Positions 60,343 to 64,000 of a DNA stretch of 64,000 bases are shown piece by piece. Position numbers and translations under genes: made by a program. The notes beneath the pieces are model-generated. The model searched no databases and was not told where the DNA came from. It saw only the letters and a list, made by a program, of their open reading frames with translations. The stretch is taken from contig JAZSNS010000019.1 in NCBI GenBank assembly GCA_045536535.1, positions 18,826-82,825 of the forward strand, given 5' to 3'. The first letter of the stretch is position 1, and each line of letters starts with the position of its first letter. This DNA is from Eubacteriales bacterium (GTDB lineage Bacteria > Bacillota > Clostridia > Oscillospirales > CAG-382).

Positions 60343-61806
60343 ATGAAGAAATTGCTCATTTGCCTGTTGGCAATGTGTCTTCTCGTGCCGTTTCTCGTAG
60401 CGTGCGACAAGGATGACGACGGCGACAAGTCGGTTGAACTCGACGAAACTCTCACCGTTGAACCTATCGATCTCGGCGGCGATAAGATCAACGTTCTTTG
60501 CAGAGCGTTCGGCGCAGAAACAAAGTCGATTCTCGGCTACACCGGCGAAATTATTTTTGACGAAGAAAACCCCAGCACGGTTGACGAAGCAAAGAGAGAA
60601 GTGGCTGAATACATCGAAGGTGCATTCAATTGCGAAATCGTAGGAATGCAGACGACCGATTCGATCAGCGAAATCATCACACGTCAGATCACATCTAACC
60701 TTCGCGACTATGACATTTATTTCGATTCGTTCCGCAATTCCGCTCAAATCGCGACTGCGGGCTATTCGCTCGATCTCAATCAGGTTCCCAACCTTGACCT
60801 TTCCGATTCCTGGTGGGACCAGAACGCAGTCGCAGATCTTTCGGTCAACAACAAACTCTTTTTCGTCTGCGGCGATATCAACACCTATGACGATCAGGGT
60901 ACATGGTGCGTTCTCTTCAACAAGGAACTCAAAAACACTCTTAACATCGAAGAAGATTTCTATGAACTTGCCGATAGCGGCAAATGGACTTTCGAAAAGT
61001 TCACTGAGATCTGTGCCGAAAGCGGCGCAACGCTTGACTTGACCGGCAACGGACAGGACGAACACGACAGATGGGCGTTCGGTACCGAAACCTACAACCT
61101 TTACGTTCATGCGGTTGCGGCAGGTTACAAGATCGCTCAGAAGGACGAAAGCACAGACCTTCCTTATCTCACCATCAACAAACAGCCTTCCGGCACCTAC
61201 AAGGTTCTTCAAGACGCTGTTGATTTCTATTCCAGCAAAGACGTTATGGTTGCCAACGGCGGCAAATATACTTATGACAACGTTTGGGAAGAAACCGTAC
61301 ATAAGGCATTTATCGAAGGCCGCGAACTTTTCTACATGTGCGGTCTTATCAACGTTGCTTCCTTCCGTCAGATGGATGACGAATTCGGCATTCTTCCCGT
61401 TCCGAAGTTCTATGACACGCAGGACAGATATTATCACACCGTTTCGGTCGATAACTCTTCCTTCATGTTCCTCCCGATCAACATCGCTGATGACGAACTT
61501 GCAAAACTCGGCACAGTTATCTCCGCTATCGCAGAACTTTCTCAGAAAAAAGTTACTTATGCTTACAGAGAAGTTCAGCTCAAATACCGCGATGCGCGTG
61601 ACAGCGAATCCGAAAAGATGCTTGAAATCATCTTTGGCACCCGTACCTTCGACCTCGGCTGTGCATTCAACTGGGGCGGAATCCTTGACGAATACATGAA
61701 ACTTTCCGGCTCGCCCGAATCTAACTTCTCGGCGATCAAGACCAAGGCTCAGACCGAAATGGAAAAAACCATTGAGAAACTGAAACTTGACGAAAAGGCC
61801 GAATAA
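60343..61806 (+). CDS. Large lipoprotein, extracellular solute-binding-protein-like (orphan; paralogue of 49631-51130)
   Basis: Lipobox LLVPFLVAC. Collinear conserved blocks with the 49631-51130 product. No adjacent transporter genes. Confidence 0.7.
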   Translation: MKKLLICLLAMCLLVPFLVACDKDDDGDKSVELDETLTVEPIDLGGDKINVLCRAFGAETKSILGYTGEIIFDEENPSTVDEAKREVAEYIEGAFNCEIVGMQTTDSISEIITRQITSNLRDYDIYFDSFRNSAQIATAGYSLDLNQVPNLDLSDSWWDQNAVADLSVNNKLFFVCGDINTYDDQGTWCVLFNKELKNTLNIEEDFYELADSGKWTFEKFTEICAESGATLDLTGNGQDEHDRWAFGTETYNLYVHAVAAGYKIAQKDESTDLPYLTINKQPSGTYKVLQDAVDFYSSKDVMVANGGKYTYDNVWEETVHKAFIEGRELFYMCGLINVASFRQMDDEFGILPVPKFYDTQDRYYHTVSVDNSSFMFLPINIADDELAKLGTVISAIAELSQKKVTYAYREVQLKYRDARDSESEKMLEIIFGTRTFDLGCAFNWGGILDEYMKLSGSPESNFSAIKTKAQTEMEKTIEKLKLDEKAE

Positions 61807-61848
61807 CACATAACGGTTCCGCATCAGCGGAAGAGAGGCAGGCTCGTT

Positions 61849-62694
61849 TTGGGCGTTTTTGAAGCAATTATTTACGGAATAATTCAAGGCATCGCCGAAT
61901 TTTTGCCGATATCAAGTTCGGGGCATCTCGCGTTGGCGCAGAATATTTTCAGCGCAAACACCGAAAATGCCGACCATTTCGCGTTCAACATCGCGCTTCA
62001 CCTTGCGACGTTGGTCTCGGTTTGCGTGGTCTACCGTAAAGACGTGCTCGCGCTCATCAAAGGTTGCTTCTCGTTAATCAAAAAACTTTTCACCGGCAAA
62101 ATAAAATCGGGGCTCGACAAGGGCGAAAAGATGTTTCTGATGCTTTGCGTCGCAACGCTTCCGCTCGTTCCCGTTAAATTGCTCGGTCTGGACGATGCCG
62201 TTGAGGCGCTGAGCGGTTTCAGCTGGGCGATCGGCATTCTCCTCATCATCAACGGAATAATGCTTGTTATAAGCGACCGCCTCCGCGACGGAGGAATCAC
62301 CGCCGAAAACGGCGGATTCCTCCGCCCTTTGGGGGTTGGTGTTATGCAAGCGCTTCTGGGCGTTATGCCCGGTATTTCCCGCTCGGGTTCAACGATCACG
62401 GGCGGCAAGATCTTCGGTTTTTCCCGCGAGGAAGCCGTTAGATTTTCTTTCCTCATGTCTATCCCCGCGATTATCGGCGCATGCGTTGTTGAATTGCCCG
62501 AATTTTTCGAGAAAAGCGTCGGGATCGAAATGCTCGCTCCCGTCCTTGCGGGCGCGGTGACTGCGGCTGTGGTGGGATTTTTCGCCATCAAGCTGCTCCA
62601 ATATCTTACAAAAAACAAAAGTTTTACTTTCTTTGCGGTCTATTGCATCGTTATCGGTGTTGCCGCAATCGTAGCGGACATTTTCTTTGTTTAA
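61849..62694 (+). CDS. uppP: Undecaprenyl-diphosphate phosphatase
   Basis: GIIQGIAEFLPISSSGHL and PGISRSGSTI motifs. TTG start. Confidence 0.92.
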   Translation: MGVFEAIIYGIIQGIAEFLPISSSGHLALAQNIFSANTENADHFAFNIALHLATLVSVCVVYRKDVLALIKGCFSLIKKLFTGKIKSGLDKGEKMFLMLCVATLPLVPVKLLGLDDAVEALSGFSWAIGILLIINGIMLVISDRLRDGGITAENGGFLRPLGVGVMQALLGVMPGISRSGSTITGGKIFGFSREEAVRFSFLMSIPAIIGACVVELPEFFEKSVGIEMLAPVLAGAVTAAVVGFFAIKLLQYLTKNKSFTFFAVYCIVIGVAAIVADIFFV

Positions 62695-62720
62695 AGTTCC
62701 GCTTCTGACAGGAGAAAAAA

Positions 62721-64000
62721 GTGGCAGGAAGAAAAAATAACAACTCTGCAAAATCAACTTCGAAAAAAACCTCAAACTCCAAAAAGAGCGAGAGTTCAAA
62801 GAAAAAACAGAACGAGATAAAGGTCGACCGAAGCGAGATCATTCGCTGGGTGGTCGGCTTTCTCGCGTTTTTTATAATATTGACGTTTATCCCTGCGATT
62901 AACAGCGGTGTCGTCGGAAATTTCGCGGCAAACTTTTTGAAAGGCCTTTTCGGACCGATGTATTATGTCGTGCCGTTCATTATCCTTGCCGTTGTTATTT
63001 TTTGGGGACGCGACCGCGCAAACAATGTCGCGGGAATCAAATATTTGCTTTATACGCTTGAATTTATTTTCATCTCGATCATCGCCCATTTTTGCGTTGC
63101 AGGCGGGAACGAGATTGCTTACGGCGAACTTTATGAGACCGGCAAGTCACTCCATAGCGCGGGACTCATAAGCGGCTCTGTCGCTGTGTTGTTTAACAGC
63201 CTTATCGGCGCGACGGCATCGCTCGTTCTTGCGATACTCGGCATTTTCATTTGCACAGTGCTTCTTTGCGGAAAGACACCGAAGGATACCATCATGGCGA
63301 TCGTCGGTTGGATCCGCGATCTGATCGAACGCAAAAAAGAAGAACGTGCCGAAAAAACGGAGGACGAAGAAGAGGAAGAACCGGAAGTCGTTCCCGTTGT
63401 CAAGAAAACGCGCAAAAAGGAACCCGAACCCATTCCCGACGAGCTTCCCGAGGATCCTGCCGATGAAAACGAAGCGGAGGATAACGGGTTTTACGTCATT
63501 TCCGAATATAACGCCGAACCTTTCGAACAACCCGAACCTCAACCCGAACCCGAACCTGTCGGCGAACTTGTTGAGGATATCTTCCCCGAAGAACCGGTTT
63601 CCGAACCGAACGCTTTTGAGGAAGAGGACGACGAGGAACTTTGCCTTGAACCGATCGAGGACACTCCTTACGTATTCCCTCCGATCTCGCTTCTTACTGC
63701 CGACGAGGGCATAAGCGGAGGTCCGTCGTCCTTCGAGGTCGAGAGGACAAGCCGCAAGCTCGAAGAAGTTCTTGCGAGTTTCAACGTCAAGGCGAAGGTA
63801 ATAAATTCGACTTTCGGACCGACCGTCACCCGATATGAAGTTCAACCCGAAACGGGCGTCAGAGTCAAGTCGATCGCAAATCTCGCCGACGATATCGCGC
63901 TTCACCTTGCCGCGACGGCGATCAGAATTGAAAATATCCCCGGCAAAGCCGCGATAGGCATTGAAATACCCAACCGAACCGTTTCAACGGTGCGTTTGCG
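62721..64000 (+). CDS. ftsK: DNA translocase FtsK/SpoIIIE, 3'-truncated by the window edge
   Basis: Not in the ORF track because it runs off the window. GTG at 62721 follows AGGAG. The frame is open to 64000. It has N-terminal TM segments, an acidic P/E linker, then [34 protein letters not shown]...[13 protein letters not shown]. Confidence 0.88.
   Translation, partial: MAGRKNNNSAKSTSKKTSNSKKSESSKKKQNEIKVDRSEIIRWVVGFLAFFIILTFIPAINSGVVGNFAANFLKGLFGPMYYVVPFIILAVVIFWGRDRANNVAGIKYLLYTLEFIFISIIAHFCVAGGNEIAYGELYETGKSLHSAGLISGSVAVLFNSLIGATASLVLAILGIFICTVLLCGKTPKDTIMAIVGWIRDLIERKKEERAEKTEDEEEEEPEVVPVVKKTRKKEPEPIPDELPEDPADENEAEDNGFYVISEYNAEPFEQPEPQPEPEPVGELVEDIFPEEPVSEPNAFEEEDDEELCLEPIEDTPYVFPPISLLTADEGISGGPSSFEVERTSRKLEEVLASFNVKAKVINSTFGPTVTRYEVQPETGVRVKSIANLADDIALHLAATAIRIENIPGKAAIGIEIPNRTVSTVRL

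Noticed and set aside
60316-61887. Very long antisense ORFs mirroring real genes. Examples: 60316-61887 (-, 523 aa), 49652-51145 (-, 497 aa), 36048-37256 (-, 402 aa), 51683-52891 (+, 402 aa), 29970-31106 (+, 378 aa), 14088-15140 (+, 350 aa), 57748-58725 (+, 325 aa), 43862-44827 (+, 321 aa), 33476-34438 and 2730-3692 (-, 320 aa each).
   Set aside because: Each lies opposite a gene with clear family motifs or signal-peptide architecture. Their translations are low-complexity (R/F/N/V/A-rich) with no recognisable motifs and no RBS. Long shadow ORFs are expected with this codon bias.

Overview
This is a 64-kb chromosomal segment that looks Clostridia-like (Oscillospiraceae/Ruminococcaceae type). 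That placement is an inference from gene content: dockerin and cohesin-like modules, SpoIID/LytB, FtsK/SpoIIIE, NfnAB, tiny sporulation-type peptide. All calls come from reading the sequence and recalling motifs, because no database search was possible.

I support about 57 protein genes, 2 tRNAs (Ala-GGC, Gly-CCC), one FMN riboswitch, and a set of sigma-A-like promoters and Rho-independent terminators. I found no rRNA, CRISPR array, transposase or integrase.

Most of the window is housekeeping:
- tsaD-rimI, comEB, two RumA/RlmD-family methyltransferases, nth, ogg, ttcA-like, maf and proBA
- deoD-ahcY-mtaD, nfnAB, trkAH, nagB, metY, uppP and ftsK

These genes are interleaved with an unusually dense set of secreted or membrane-anchored proteins.

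Items most worth a second look:
1. A two-gene, cofactor-motif-degenerate RnfC/RnfD-like module (13662-15910). No rnfG/E/A/B is present, and it is packed in an operon with rlmD.
2. A non-cellulosomal cohesin-dockerin set. Three enzymes carry dockerins: a polysaccharide deacetylase, a phosphodiester glycosidase and a 1797-aa S8 protease. There are two cohesin-like modules, one on a membrane anchor (20882-21934) and one inside the S8 giant itself.
3. An unassigned roughly 130-aa module shared by three secreted proteins.
4. A tRNA-Gly hot spot with nested direct repeats. It contains an array of 21-22-bp ATC+hairpin units whose stems differ in sequence but stay paired (41411-41580).
5. A same-orientation cluster of DnaA-box-like 9-mers between convergent genes (5812-5926).
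6. A promoter-bearing 5' fragment of a second LMW-PTP gene, next to a compositionally foreign lipoprotein cassette (37339-38385).
7. A 30-codon Cys-rich micro-ORF that the ORF track misses (3755-3847).
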